A DNA stretch of 64,000 nucleotides from an uncultured Sinobacteraceae bacterium. GTDB taxonomy: Bacteria > Pseudomonadota > Gammaproteobacteria > Nevskiales > Nevskiaceae. Positions within the stretch are counted from its first letter, which is position 1. Each line of letters opens with the position of its first letter. A program made the translations under genes and the position numbers. Shown here piece after piece: positions 31,254 to 40,374 of this stretch. The stretch covers positions 72,742-136,741 of the forward strand of contig CAIJRD010000001.1 of assembly GCA_903822975.1 (NCBI GenBank), in the 5' to 3' direction. The notes beneath the pieces are model-generated. The model was not told the DNA's origin, did not search any database, and worked only from the letters and a program-made list of their open reading frames with translations.

Positions 31254-33665
31254 GTGCTCGTGCGCGAAATCGGCGGTGTCGATCCGCGAAGGCGTTCCGT
31301 GCTGAGCGCGCTACGCTCGGCCGCGCTCGGGTTTTCGACCCTGCTGCTGGTCGTCGCCTGCGCCAGCAATCCCAGCGTCGAGACGCCTGCAGCATCTGCG
31401 CCCGTCGCAGTCGCGGCGGTTGCGGGCACCACGCCGCTACTTCCTGCACCGGTACTCAGCTTGAACGACATCGGCGTTGGCTACATGAAACTGGTGCTCG
31501 CAGTCGGTGCACACGACGCCGACTACGTCGATGCGTATTACGGTCCTGCAGACCTGAAAGCGGAAGTCGCCCAACATCCACTGACGCTGCCGCAGATCGA
31601 AGAGCAAGCGCAGGAATTGATCGCAGCACTGGCCGATGTCGACGATGCCGCCGAACACACCGAAGCGAACCTGCTGGCGTTGCGCAAGAGCTATCTGAAA
31701 AACCAGCTCGGCTCGCTGACCGCGCGTGCACGCCTGCTGCAGGGCGAGAAGATGTCGTTCGACGACGAGGCGCGAGCGCTGTACGACGTCGAGCCGCCGC
31801 ATTACAACGAACGCGACTTCGAGCCAGTTTTGCAGATCATGGACGGCCTGCTGCCGAAAGGGCCCGGTACGCTGGCACAGCGGTACAACCAGTACATCGA
31901 ACAATTTGCGGTTCCCGCGGCGCGACTGGAAACGGTCATGCGCACCGCAATCGGCATCGCTCAATACCGCAGCGCCTCGCATCTCACGCTGCCGCCGGGC
32001 GAGCGCTTTGATCTGGCCTTCGTCAGCGGCAAGCCCTGGAGCGCCTACAACTGGTACCAAGGCAATTACAGCAGTCGCATCGAGGTCAACACCGAACTGC
32101 CGATCCCGGTCAGCCGCGTGATCGAACTCGCCGCGCACGAGGGCTATCCCGGACACCACGTCTACAACGGCCTGCTCGAGCAGAAGCTGGTACGCGGTCG
32201 TGGCTGGCCCGAGTATCAGATCTACGCTTTGTTCTCGCCGCAGTCGTTCATCGCCGAGGGCAGCGCCGACTACGGTGTCGGCATGGTGTTTCCCGGCAAC
32301 GAGATGTTGGAATTTACCCGCGAACTGTTCCAGCTCGCAGGCTTCGATCCGCGCGCGGCGGCGAACTACCTGGAGGTGGTTGAAGCCGCCAAGGCACTCG
32401 CACCTTCGACGATCGAAGGCGCGCGCCGCTATCTCGATGGCGAGATCAGCTCCGACGGACTGCTGGCCTGGCTGCAGAAGTACACGCTGGCATCGCCGGC
32501 ACGCGCGCAACAGCGCCTGAGCTTCATCCAGCGTTATCGCAGTTACATCATCAATTACAGTTTCGGTGAAGAACTGGTGCGCGCGTATGTCGAACGCGAA
32601 GGTGACAAAACCCTCGCGTCTCCTGCCCAATGGCGCGCCTTCGGCGCACTGCTCAGCAGCCCGCACACGCCGACCTCGCTGCTCGGTGCGCCGGCCGCGA
32701 TGCCGATCGTGCCGTCTACGCAGGAATCGACCTCGATCGTCATTTCCGCACCGGGTGCTGAGAACGCCGATCGCCTGCAGCCGGCCACGCCGGCACCGAC
32801 GAATTCCAATCCGGCCTACGCGCCAAGTGCGCCAAGCCCGAACCGCGATATGACCGCGCCGGGACCGAACGCGGGAAGCGCGCAGTTGCTAGGGAGCCTG
32901 CCGCTGCCGACGCCCGCAGCGCCGATCGCGACACCGCAGCTGCCGTCCAACGTCGGCTCGACGCAAGCGCTGCCGTCGACGCCAATCGCGCCATTCGCGC
33001 CATCAAGCGTTCCGCCCGCGCCGGCGCCGATACCGGTGCCTGCACCCACGCCAGCGCCTGTAGCGATGCCGGTACCTGCACCAATGACGGTTCCGGTCCC
33101 GGCTCCACCGCCTGCTTCGGCATCCTCATCTGCAGCTGTCGCCGCGCCCACGGCAACCGCTGCGCCGGCGACCGCCGCCGCACCGTCCTCGCCAGCGCCG
33201 CAAAGTGCCGCCGCGTCAATGTCCGCTACACCCGCGCCTGCCGCCACGCCCGGACCGACTCCGAGTTTGCCGCCGCCGGGTCCGTCCATCCCGACAGCCC
33301 CAACGATCCCGACTTTGATTCCGGAACTCGAAGGGCGAGCGGTGCCCGCGCCGACCGTGGTGCTTCCGTCGAACGGATCATCCTCGACGCCATCGAGCAC
33401 GGCAGCAACGAATCCAGCACCGCCTTCCGTTAGCCTCGCCCCGACGGCGACGCTGCCGGACAACGTGCCGTGGCTGGCACGTCAGCCCGTCTTCCAGCAG
33501 TTCATCGCGAAGCGGCCGACGCCGGAACAATTCCGCAGCCGCTTCCCGAAAGTGCTGCTGGTATTGCCGGGCATGATCACTACCAAGGAATTCCGCTTCG
33601 ACAGCAGCCGCTACTTCGCGGATCTCGATGCGCAGGGACGCATCATCGGCGGCCGTTTCCACTGA
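31254..33665 (+). CDS. Lipoprotein: DUF885-like HExxPGHH domain, long Pro/Ala/Ser/Thr linker, small C-terminal domain
   Basis: RRRSVL and LVVAC signal features, YVDAYYGP, AHEGYPGHH, about 250 aa of low-complexity linker, compact C-terminus ending GRIIGGRFH. Start uncertain (31158/31254/31260). Confidence 0.7.
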   Translation: MLVREIGGVDPRRRSVLSALRSAALGFSTLLLVVACASNPSVETPAASAPVAVAAVAGTTPLLPAPVLSLNDIGVGYMKLVLAVGAHDADYVDAYYGPADLKAEVAQHPLTLPQIEEQAQELIAALADVDDAAEHTEANLLALRKSYLKNQLGSLTARARLLQGEKMSFDDEARALYDVEPPHYNERDFEPVLQIMDGLLPKGPGTLAQRYNQYIEQFAVPAARLETVMRTAIGIAQYRSASHLTLPPGERFDLAFVSGKPWSAYNWYQGNYSSRIEVNTELPIPVSRVIELAAHEGYPGHHVYNGLLEQKLVRGRGWPEYQIYALFSPQSFIAEGSADYGVGMVFPGNEMLEFTRELFQLAGFDPRAAANYLEVVEAAKALAPSTIEGARRYLDGEISSDGLLAWLQKYTLASPARAQQRLSFIQRYRSYIINYSFGEELVRAYVEREGDKTLASPAQWRAFGALLSSPHTPTSLLGAPAAMPIVPSTQESTSIVISAPGAENADRLQPATPAPTNSNPAYAPSAPSPNRDMTAPGPNAGSAQLLGSLPLPTPAAPIATPQLPSNVGSTQALPSTPIAPFAPSSVPPAPAPIPVPAPTPAPVAMPVPAPMTVPVPAPPPASASSSAAVAAPTATAAPATAAAPSSPAPQSAAASMSATPAPAATPGPTPSLPPPGPSIPTAPTIPTLIPELEGRAVPAPTVVLPSNGSSSTPSSTAATNPAPPSVSLAPTATLPDNVPWLARQPVFQQFIAKRPTPEQFRSRFPKVLLVLPGMITTKEFRFDSSRYFADLDAQGRIIGGRFH

Positions 33666-33768
33666 AGCAGGGCGCGCTTTCGTCGATGCGCGCTCGCTAT
33701 ACTGAGTTCAAACCGGCGCGGCGTGGCCGCTGCCGACTTCTTGCAACGTAATTCAGGGAGGTTTTGCG

Positions 33769-34293
33769 ATGGCGGAAGCCAAGCTGTTTCGCCGCATGGC
33801 GCGGCTCGACGAGGAATTTCCGGGGCAACTGGCAACCTTCAAGCCTGCGCTGAAGGGCCTGGTGCCCGACGATATCAACTTCACCGAGGATTCCTACGAC
33901 GAGTTGTTCGTCCTGCTGTCGGCGGCGCTCTACTACGTGCGCGACGCCAAGCTGCGCAAGGCATCCGCCAACAAGTCCGGTGGTAATCCCAAGCTCGTTT
34001 CGGTGTTGATGGACGAAGGCGTCAAGGACAAAGACGCCGTGCTGGCCGAACGCATCCTCGATCGCATCGCACCGTATGTGCCGCCGCTGGTGTTCGTCGA
34101 AACCCTGGCGACCATGCACGCCAACCAGGCGCACGAATTCCGCGAATTCCACGGTGCGATCCAGCGCATCGTCGCCGACCTGTATCGCATCGTGAATGGC
34201 TTCGAGCCGGCTGAGTTCTGCCCGAAAGCGCTGGTGCGCTGGGCGTCCGGTCCCAATCGTTCGGCGATCTACGGCGCGCTGGTCAGCGCCTGA
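33769..34293 (+). CDS. Hypothetical protein (174 aa, likely helical)
   Basis: TATACT -10-like element near 33698, RBS cagggagg, host-like GC3 codon pattern; no motif recognised. Confidence 0.75.
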   Translation: MAEAKLFRRMARLDEEFPGQLATFKPALKGLVPDDINFTEDSYDELFVLLSAALYYVRDAKLRKASANKSGGNPKLVSVLMDEGVKDKDAVLAERILDRIAPYVPPLVFVETLATMHANQAHEFREFHGAIQRIVADLYRIVNGFEPAEFCPKALVRWASGPNRSAIYGALVSA

Positions 34294-34407
34294 ACCGAAG
34301 CGCTGCAACTGCCGACGCGGGTGTCGCCTTGTCGCGCTCAAACGCGGCGACGAATCGAGTGGGTTCCCGATTCGCCGCCGCAGTGCCCGCCTAGCGACGC
34401 TAACGGC

Positions 34408-34947
34408 TTACTTGGCGACCGCCGTGGTGCCGGCGTTAACGCCGCTCTGACTATCGACCGCCACGCCGGTGTTCAACGAGGCCGACGGCAGCGTCAGCGC
34501 CGTGCCGACTTTCTGGCTGGCATTGGCGCTGGCGGCGCTCGCCTTCGCACGGGTCTTGTCGGCAGCGGTATGCACGGTCGTGACCGCCGCATCGCCGCTG
34601 CTCTTGACCGTTGCGCGCGTCGCTGCGGTCGTGTCCTGCACCGTGCTGCGTGCACCCCCGAGCGTCTGCTGAGTGGTCGAACGCAGACCTGCGCCCAAGC
34701 CGCTTCCCAGACCCCCGATCGCACCGCCCGTGTTGCTCACACCGGTCTGAACGTTTGCCTTGGCCGCGGCCGCGGCCTGGCTCGCCTGGGCGGCTTGAGC
34801 TTGGGCCTGCTGCTGGCTGGCGCTGGTGTCGACGCCGAGCTGAACCCCAGTCTGGGCGCTGACGCCCTGTGCAACCGCAGCACCGGCGCAGATCAGCGCA
34901 GCACTGGCCAGGCTGTAGACCAGACCGCGGGCAATGTGTTTATGCAT
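34408..34947 (-). CDS. Secreted Ala/Thr/Gln/Ser-rich low-complexity protein
   Basis: Signal peptide ending AVA-Q, RBS-like sequence upstream, few charged residues. Confidence 0.7.
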   Translation of the reverse strand: MHKHIARGLVYSLASAALICAGAAVAQGVSAQTGVQLGVDTSASQQQAQAQAAQASQAAAAAKANVQTGVSNTGGAIGGLGSGLGAGLRSTTQQTLGGARSTVQDTTAATRATVKSSGDAAVTTVHTAADKTRAKASAASANASQKVGTALTLPSASLNTGVAVDSQSGVNAGTTAVAK

Positions 34948-35160
34948 GTTGTATCCCTAGAGGCGAAAGCGCGAGAGTGCGCCGCCGCAAACGCTAGCAA
35001 GTTCTTCTGAACCAAATCTGAACGGCTGCGAATTTTGTAGCCCGGTACTTTCTGGACGCGATTGTTCAATGCGGCGCTTTCGCCGTCATCGCATACATGC
35101 CCCGACGGCTAAGCCGGCACCGCTCGACGCCCGCGGCCGGCTGCGCCATGCTCAGCACCG

Positions 35161-35781
35161 ATGACTGCAAAGCGACGTGGGTACAGTCCGCTGATCGGCA
35201 AGGCGCTCGAGTGCGAGACCTTCGTGCGCGCCGATTATCAGGCGATCCTGCAGCAAGTCGCGAAGATCCCGCCCGGCAAGGTTGCAACTTACGGCCAGAT
35301 CGCCTGGCTCTCCGGACTACCCGGTCGCGCGCGTCTGGTCGGGCGCGTGCTCGGCACTTTGCCGCAGTGGCGCGCGTCACTGCCCGACGAGGCGGTGACG
35401 GAGACCCGCAAGTCGGCTGCGAATCGCGCGAGTGGGTCGCAAGCCAGCACCGCGAGCAGTGCTCGCGAAAGCACATCGCGTTCTTCTGAGAAAGGTGTCG
35501 CCATCCCTGGCGAGACGGCTGTGGATTCTCCGACCCCCGGCCCGGCCCTCCATGGCCGGTCGCAAGCCAGCACCGCGAGCAGTGCTCGCGAAAGCGTGCT
35601 GGCTTGCCCCTGGTATCGGGTGATTAATTCTCAGGGGAAGGTTTCGCTGCCGATCAACAGCGCGTCGTACCTCGAACAGCGCCGGCGGCTGCGCGAGGAA
35701 GGGGTGCTGTTCAAGGGTGGGCGCATCGATCTGAAGCGCTACCAGTGGCGTTCGCTCGATGACTCGCCGCTGCTCGATTGA
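35161..35781 (+). CDS. Alkyltransferase-like (ATL/YbaZ, MGMT family) protein with an in-frame repeat insertion
   Basis: IPPGKVATYGQIA, ARLVGRVL, PWYRVINSQG, LREEGV, IDLKRYQW; 81 codons separate LGTLP from PWYR. Confidence 0.85.
   Translation: MTAKRRGYSPLIGKALECETFVRADYQAILQQVAKIPPGKVATYGQIAWLSGLPGRARLVGRVLGTLPQWRASLPDEAVTETRKSAANRASGSQASTASSARESTSRSSEKGVAIPGETAVDSPTPGPALHGRSQASTASSARESVLACPWYRVINSQGKVSLPINSASYLEQRRRLREEGVLFKGGRIDLKRYQWRSLDDSPLLD
35435..35595 (+). repeat. Two identical 38-bp direct repeats (35435-35472, 35558-35595), each containing a 17-bp hairpin
   Basis: ggtcgcaagccagcaccgcgagcagtgctcgcgaaagc occurs twice, 123 bp apart; internal palindrome cgcgagca-g-tgctcgcg. Confidence 0.95.
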
Positions 35782-35828
35782 TCGGCGCACCCATCCGCGT
35801 GGATGCCAGTAAATACAGGTATCCAAAT

Positions 35829-35861
35829 AAAAAGCCCCGATCGCGCTCGGCGACCGGGGCT
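35829..35861 (-). terminator. Intrinsic terminator of the M13 peptidase genes
   Basis: Minus strand agccccggtcgc-cgagc-gcgatcggggct followed by a T run. Confidence 0.75.
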
Positions 35862-35875
35862 GGTTTCGCAAACGC

Positions 35876-37954
35876 TTACCAGATGCTGACGCGCTGCTCC
35901 GGCGGCAGATACATCTTGTCACCTTCTTTCAGGCCGAAGGCTTCATAGAAGCCCGGCTGGTTGACCAGCGGCGCATCGCCACGCACCGCCGGCGGCGAAT
36001 GCGGATCGGACTTGATGCGCACCACCGCTTCGTTTTCGCGGACCTTCGCGCGCCAGACCTGCGCCCAGCCGGCGAACAGTCGCTGCGGACCGGTGAGGCC
36101 GTCGATCAGTGGCGCGTCCTTGCCATTGAGCGAGAGTTTGTAGGCCTTGTACGCGATCGCCAGACCGGAGTTGTCGGCGATGTTCTCGCCCAGCGTCAGC
36201 TCGCCGTTGACCTTGAAGCCCGGCACCGGCTCGTAGGCGCTGTACTGCGCGATCAGCGCCTGCGTCTTCGCCTTGAACTTGTCGTGGTCTTCCTTGGTGA
36301 ACCAGTCGCGCAGATTGCCATCGGCATCGTACTGGCTGCCCTGATCGTCGAAACCATGCGAGATCTCGTGGCCGATCACCGCGCCAATGCCGCCATAGTT
36401 GACCGCATCATCCGCGTTCACGTTGAAGAATGGCGGTTGCAGGATCGCGGCCGGGAATACGATCTCGTTCATCTCCGGGTTGTAGTAGGCATTGACGGTT
36501 TGCGGCGTCATGTCCCACTCGGTGCGATCGATCGGCTGGCCGAGCTTGGCGATGTTGCGCTGGTACTCGAACTCATTGGCGCGATCGACGTTGCCGATCA
36601 GGTCGTCCTTGGCGAACGAGAGCTTGCTGTAGTCGCGCCATTTGTCCGGGTAGCCGATCTTCAGCATCAGCTTGTTGAGCTTCTCCTGCGCGGCCTTCTT
36701 GGTATCCGGCCCCATCCAGTCGAGCGTGTCGATGCTGCTGCGGTAGGCGGCGATCAGATTGGCCACCAGCGCCTGCATGCGCGCCTTGCTCTCGGGCGGG
36801 AAGTATTTCTCGACGTAGAGCTTGCCGAGGCTTTCACCGATCGATCCATCGACCAGCGTGATGCCACGCTTCCAGCGCGGGCGATTCTCCGGAATGCCGC
36901 GCAGCGCGGTGCCGTAGAACGCGAAGCGCTCATCGACGAAGGCCTTGCTCAGATAAGGCGCCGCCGCCGACAGCACGCGCCACTTGAAGTAGGTCTTCCA
37001 GACCGGCAGCGGCGTTGCGGCGATCAGCTTGCCGAGTGCGGTGAAGTAAGTCGGCTGGCTGACGATGACGTAGTCGAGCTTGCCGTCGACCCCGGCGTTG
37101 CTGATGTAGCTCTTCCAGTCGTAGCCCGCCATCAGACCCGGCAGATCGGCGAGGGCGACCTTGTTGTAGGTCTTCACCGGATCGCGGTTCTCAACCTTGC
37201 TCCATTGAATCTTCGCGAGCGAAGTCTCCAGCGCAAGGATGTCCTTCGCCGACTTCGCCGCGTTCTTGTCGCCCGCGAGTTTTTCCATCGCCTCGATGTG
37301 CGCGGCGTACTTGGTGCGCGCATCCTTCAGCTTGTCGTCGTCCTTCAGGTAATAGTCGCGATCGGGCAGGCCCAGGCCGCTCTGGCCGAGGTCGACGATG
37401 TACTTGGTCGAATCCTTCGCATCGAGATGCACGGCCGGTTCGTACGGCGCGCCGACATCGATCATGTTGAGGTGCGCGATCAGCGCCGGCAGCTCTTTCT
37501 TGTCCTTGATCGCATCGATCTTCGTCAGTTCGCCGGCGATCGGCTTGAGGCCGAGTTCTTCCAGCTTGGCCTCGTCGAGGAAGCTCTGATAGAGCGCGGA
37601 GATTTTCTGCGCATCGGGATCGGTCGGCGCATCGCCGAGTCCTTCGATCAGCGTCTTCAGCTGCGCCTGCGCGTCGTCGTCGAGCTTCGAGAACGAGCCG
37701 TAAACGCCCTTGTCGGCGGGAATCTCGGTGGTCGCCAGCCACTTGCCGTTGATGTGCTTGTAGAAGTCGTCCTGCGCCCGCACCGAGTCGTCGGTGAATT
37801 GCAGGTCGACACCGGAGGCCAGCGTTGTTGCGGCCGGGGTTGTGGCAGCAGCCGGCGGCGGCGCGTCCGCGTGTTTTGTGCAGGCACCCAGTGCGCCCGC
37901 AAGCGCCAAGCCGAGCAGCAGTGGAGCCGTTTTGTTGAATGGCATTGAGTTCAC
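35876..37954 (-). CDS. M13 family (neprilysin/PepO-like) zinc metallopeptidase, lipoprotein
   Basis: Lipobox LGAC, VNAYY, GHEISH (HExxH), GENIAD, DPHSP. Confidence 0.95.
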   Translation of the reverse strand: MNSMPFNKTAPLLLGLALAGALGACTKHADAPPPAAATTPAATTLASGVDLQFTDDSVRAQDDFYKHINGKWLATTEIPADKGVYGSFSKLDDDAQAQLKTLIEGLGDAPTDPDAQKISALYQSFLDEAKLEELGLKPIAGELTKIDAIKDKKELPALIAHLNMIDVGAPYEPAVHLDAKDSTKYIVDLGQSGLGLPDRDYYLKDDDKLKDARTKYAAHIEAMEKLAGDKNAAKSAKDILALETSLAKIQWSKVENRDPVKTYNKVALADLPGLMAGYDWKSYISNAGVDGKLDYVIVSQPTYFTALGKLIAATPLPVWKTYFKWRVLSAAAPYLSKAFVDERFAFYGTALRGIPENRPRWKRGITLVDGSIGESLGKLYVEKYFPPESKARMQALVANLIAAYRSSIDTLDWMGPDTKKAAQEKLNKLMLKIGYPDKWRDYSKLSFAKDDLIGNVDRANEFEYQRNIAKLGQPIDRTEWDMTPQTVNAYYNPEMNEIVFPAAILQPPFFNVNADDAVNYGGIGAVIGHEISHGFDDQGSQYDADGNLRDWFTKEDHDKFKAKTQALIAQYSAYEPVPGFKVNGELTLGENIADNSGLAIAYKAYKLSLNGKDAPLIDGLTGPQRLFAGWAQVWRAKVRENEAVVRIKSDPHSPPAVRGDAPLVNQPGFYEAFGLKEGDKMYLPPEQRVSIW

Positions 37955-38097
37955 GATCAGTCCTTCAGATGGCTATACGTACGAGTGCAATGTAGCGCGC
38001 CGCCGCTTGCGCTGCGGGCGCGCCTGAAAAGGTTTGACCCCGCAAGCGCGCCGTCGACGCGCCGTAAGGGTCAGAACATTCATCGGCAACGAGCTGG

Positions 38098-40203
38098 CTA
38101 CCAGATGCCGACACGCTGCTCGGGCGGCAGGTACATCTTGTCGCCCTCCTTGATACCGAACGCGCTGTAGAAGCCCGGCTGGTTGACGATGCTGCCGTTG
38201 GCGCGGAATTCCGGTGGCGAGTGCGGATCGGTCTTGATCAGCTCGATCGCATAGTTGTCGCGCAGCTTCTCGCGCCAGACCTGGGCGAAGCCGATGTAGA
38301 GACGCTGATCGCCGGTGAAACCGTCGAGTTCCGGCGCCGGTTTGCCGCCGAGATCGAGCTGATAGGCCTTGTACGCGATCGCCAGACCGGAGTTGTCGGC
38401 GATGTTCTCGCCGAGGGTGAGCGCGCCGTTGACGTGATAGCCGGCCAGCGGGCTAAAGCCGTCGTACTCGGCGACCAGCGCCTTGGTCTTCGCGGCGAAT
38501 TTGACGTGATCGTCCTTGGTCCACCAATCGCGCAGATTGCCGTCGCCATCGTATTGCGAGCCCTGGTCGTCGAATGCGTGGCTGATCTCGTGGCCGATCA
38601 CCGCACCGATGGCGCCGTAGTTCACCGCATCGTCGGCCTTCACGTTGAAGAACGGCGGCTGCAGGATCGCGGCCGGGAAGGTGATGTCATTCAGTTCCGG
38701 GTTGTACTCGGCGTTGACCGTTTGCGGCGTCATGCCCCACTCGCCACGATCAATCGGCGAGCCGAGCTTGCTGATCGTCCGGTTGTACTCGAAGGCGTTG
38801 GCGCGGCGGATGTTGCCGAACAGATCGTCCTTGGCGATTTCCAACTTCGAGTAGTCGCGCCACTTGTCCGGGTAGCCGATCTTCACGGCGATCTTGGCCA
38901 GCTTCGCCTGCGCTTCTTTTTTGGTGTCGTCGCTCATCCAGTCGAGCGTGTCGATACCCTGCTTGTAGGCGGCCAGCAGGTTGTTGACCAGCGCTTCGAC
39001 GCGCGCCTTGTTCTCCGGCGGGAAATACTGCGCCACATAAAGTTTGCCGAGGCCTTCACCGATTGCGTTCTGCACCAGACTCACGGCGCGCTTCCAGCGC
39101 GGCCGATCCTCGGGGATGCCGCGGACCACGGTGCCCTTGAAGGCGAAGTTCTCGGCGACGAAATCCTTGCTCAGCGCGCTGGCACCGTCGTTCAACACGT
39201 GCCACTTGAAATAGGTTTTCCACAACGGCAGCGGCGTCTTCTGCAGCAGCTTGCCGAAGCCGGTGATGAAACTCGGCTGACCGACGATGACGTAGTCGGT
39301 CTTGCCGGCGATTTCGGCGGCGGCGAGGAAACCCTCCCAGTCGAATCCGGGTGCGAGCTTCGGCAGATCGACCAGCATGATCTTGTTGTACGCCTTGATC
39401 GGATCGCGCAGCGCCACCTTGTCCCACTGCAGTTTCGCCAATTCGGTTTCGAGCGCGACGATGTCCTTGGCGTTCTTCGCGGCGGCCTTGTCGCCGGCGA
39501 GCGTCAGCATCTTTTCGACGTGCTGCAAGTAGGCCGCGCGAATGCCTTTGAGCTTGGCGTCGTCGTTCTTCAGGTAGTAATCGCGATCGGGCAGTCCGAT
39601 GCCGCTCTGCTCGAGATCGGCGACGTACTTGGTCGAATCCTTATTGTCCTGATGCACCGCGACCACGAACGGCAGCGTGGTCTCGTTCGGCCCGAAGTCG
39701 CCGGGCTGCGACAGCTTCTTGCCGAGCGTGCCGATCAAAGTGGCGAGGTCTTTCTTGTCCTTCACGGCGTCGATCAGCGCGAAGTCGGCATCCATCGGCT
39801 TCAGGCCCAGCTCTTCGAGCTTGGCTTCGTCCATGAAGCTGTTGTAGAGGTCGCCGATCTTCTGCTTCTCGGCATCGCCCTTACTGTCTTTCGCGGCGTC
39901 TTCGATCAAGCCGCGCAACTGCACCAGCGCGTCTTCGGCGAGCTTGGCGAACGAGCCGAAGCCCGGCTTGTCGGCTGGGATCTCGGTGGTCGCCAGCCAC
40001 TTGCCGTTGACGTGCTGGTAGAAGTTGTCCTGGATGCGGACACTGTCGTCGTTGTATTGAGTTTCAATTCCGGAGACCAGCGCGGGTGTTGGCGCCGTCG
40101 CGGGTGCCGGCGTCTCGGTCGAGGCGGGCGGCGGCGGTGCCGGATGGTTACAGGCGGCGAGCAGCAGGGCGCCGGTGCAGACGCTGAGCAGGTTCGATTT
40201 CAC
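38098..40203 (-). CDS. M13 family zinc metallopeptidase, lipoprotein (paralog)
   Basis: GTG start at 40203, lipobox LAAC, VNAEY, GHEISH, GENIAD, DPHSP. Confidence 0.95.
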   Translation of the reverse strand: MKSNLLSVCTGALLLAACNHPAPPPPASTETPAPATAPTPALVSGIETQYNDDSVRIQDNFYQHVNGKWLATTEIPADKPGFGSFAKLAEDALVQLRGLIEDAAKDSKGDAEKQKIGDLYNSFMDEAKLEELGLKPMDADFALIDAVKDKKDLATLIGTLGKKLSQPGDFGPNETTLPFVVAVHQDNKDSTKYVADLEQSGIGLPDRDYYLKNDDAKLKGIRAAYLQHVEKMLTLAGDKAAAKNAKDIVALETELAKLQWDKVALRDPIKAYNKIMLVDLPKLAPGFDWEGFLAAAEIAGKTDYVIVGQPSFITGFGKLLQKTPLPLWKTYFKWHVLNDGASALSKDFVAENFAFKGTVVRGIPEDRPRWKRAVSLVQNAIGEGLGKLYVAQYFPPENKARVEALVNNLLAAYKQGIDTLDWMSDDTKKEAQAKLAKIAVKIGYPDKWRDYSKLEIAKDDLFGNIRRANAFEYNRTISKLGSPIDRGEWGMTPQTVNAEYNPELNDITFPAAILQPPFFNVKADDAVNYGAIGAVIGHEISHAFDDQGSQYDGDGNLRDWWTKDDHVKFAAKTKALVAEYDGFSPLAGYHVNGALTLGENIADNSGLAIAYKAYQLDLGGKPAPELDGFTGDQRLYIGFAQVWREKLRDNYAIELIKTDPHSPPEFRANGSIVNQPGFYSAFGIKEGDKMYLPPEQRVGIW

Positions 40204-40374
40204 GTAGGCGGTTCCCCGGATGGTTGTGCGCGTCCGGCGGGCAAAGCAGCCCGACCGGAAGGGCGCAGATGCGCTTGGATGCGCCAGCGGGCGGCTGGGT
40301 TTAAGCGGCGCTGCCGGCCATGCGCATAATCGACATCCGACAGGTCTAGTCTGTGCCGGTCGATGAACGGCGTT

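Noticed and set aside
35803-35818. LexA-box-like atgccagtaaatacag
   Set aside because: The left half-site mismatches CTGT and it lies downstream of convergent genes, not in a promoter.
35999-40329. Long antisense ORFs (649 aa and 702 aa) opposite the M13 genes, and similar ones opposite the ABC operon, gyrB, aceE, argS, priA, fumA and pntB
   Set aside because: They exactly shadow real genes; a stop-poor antisense frame is expected with strong GC3 bias, and they carry no motifs.
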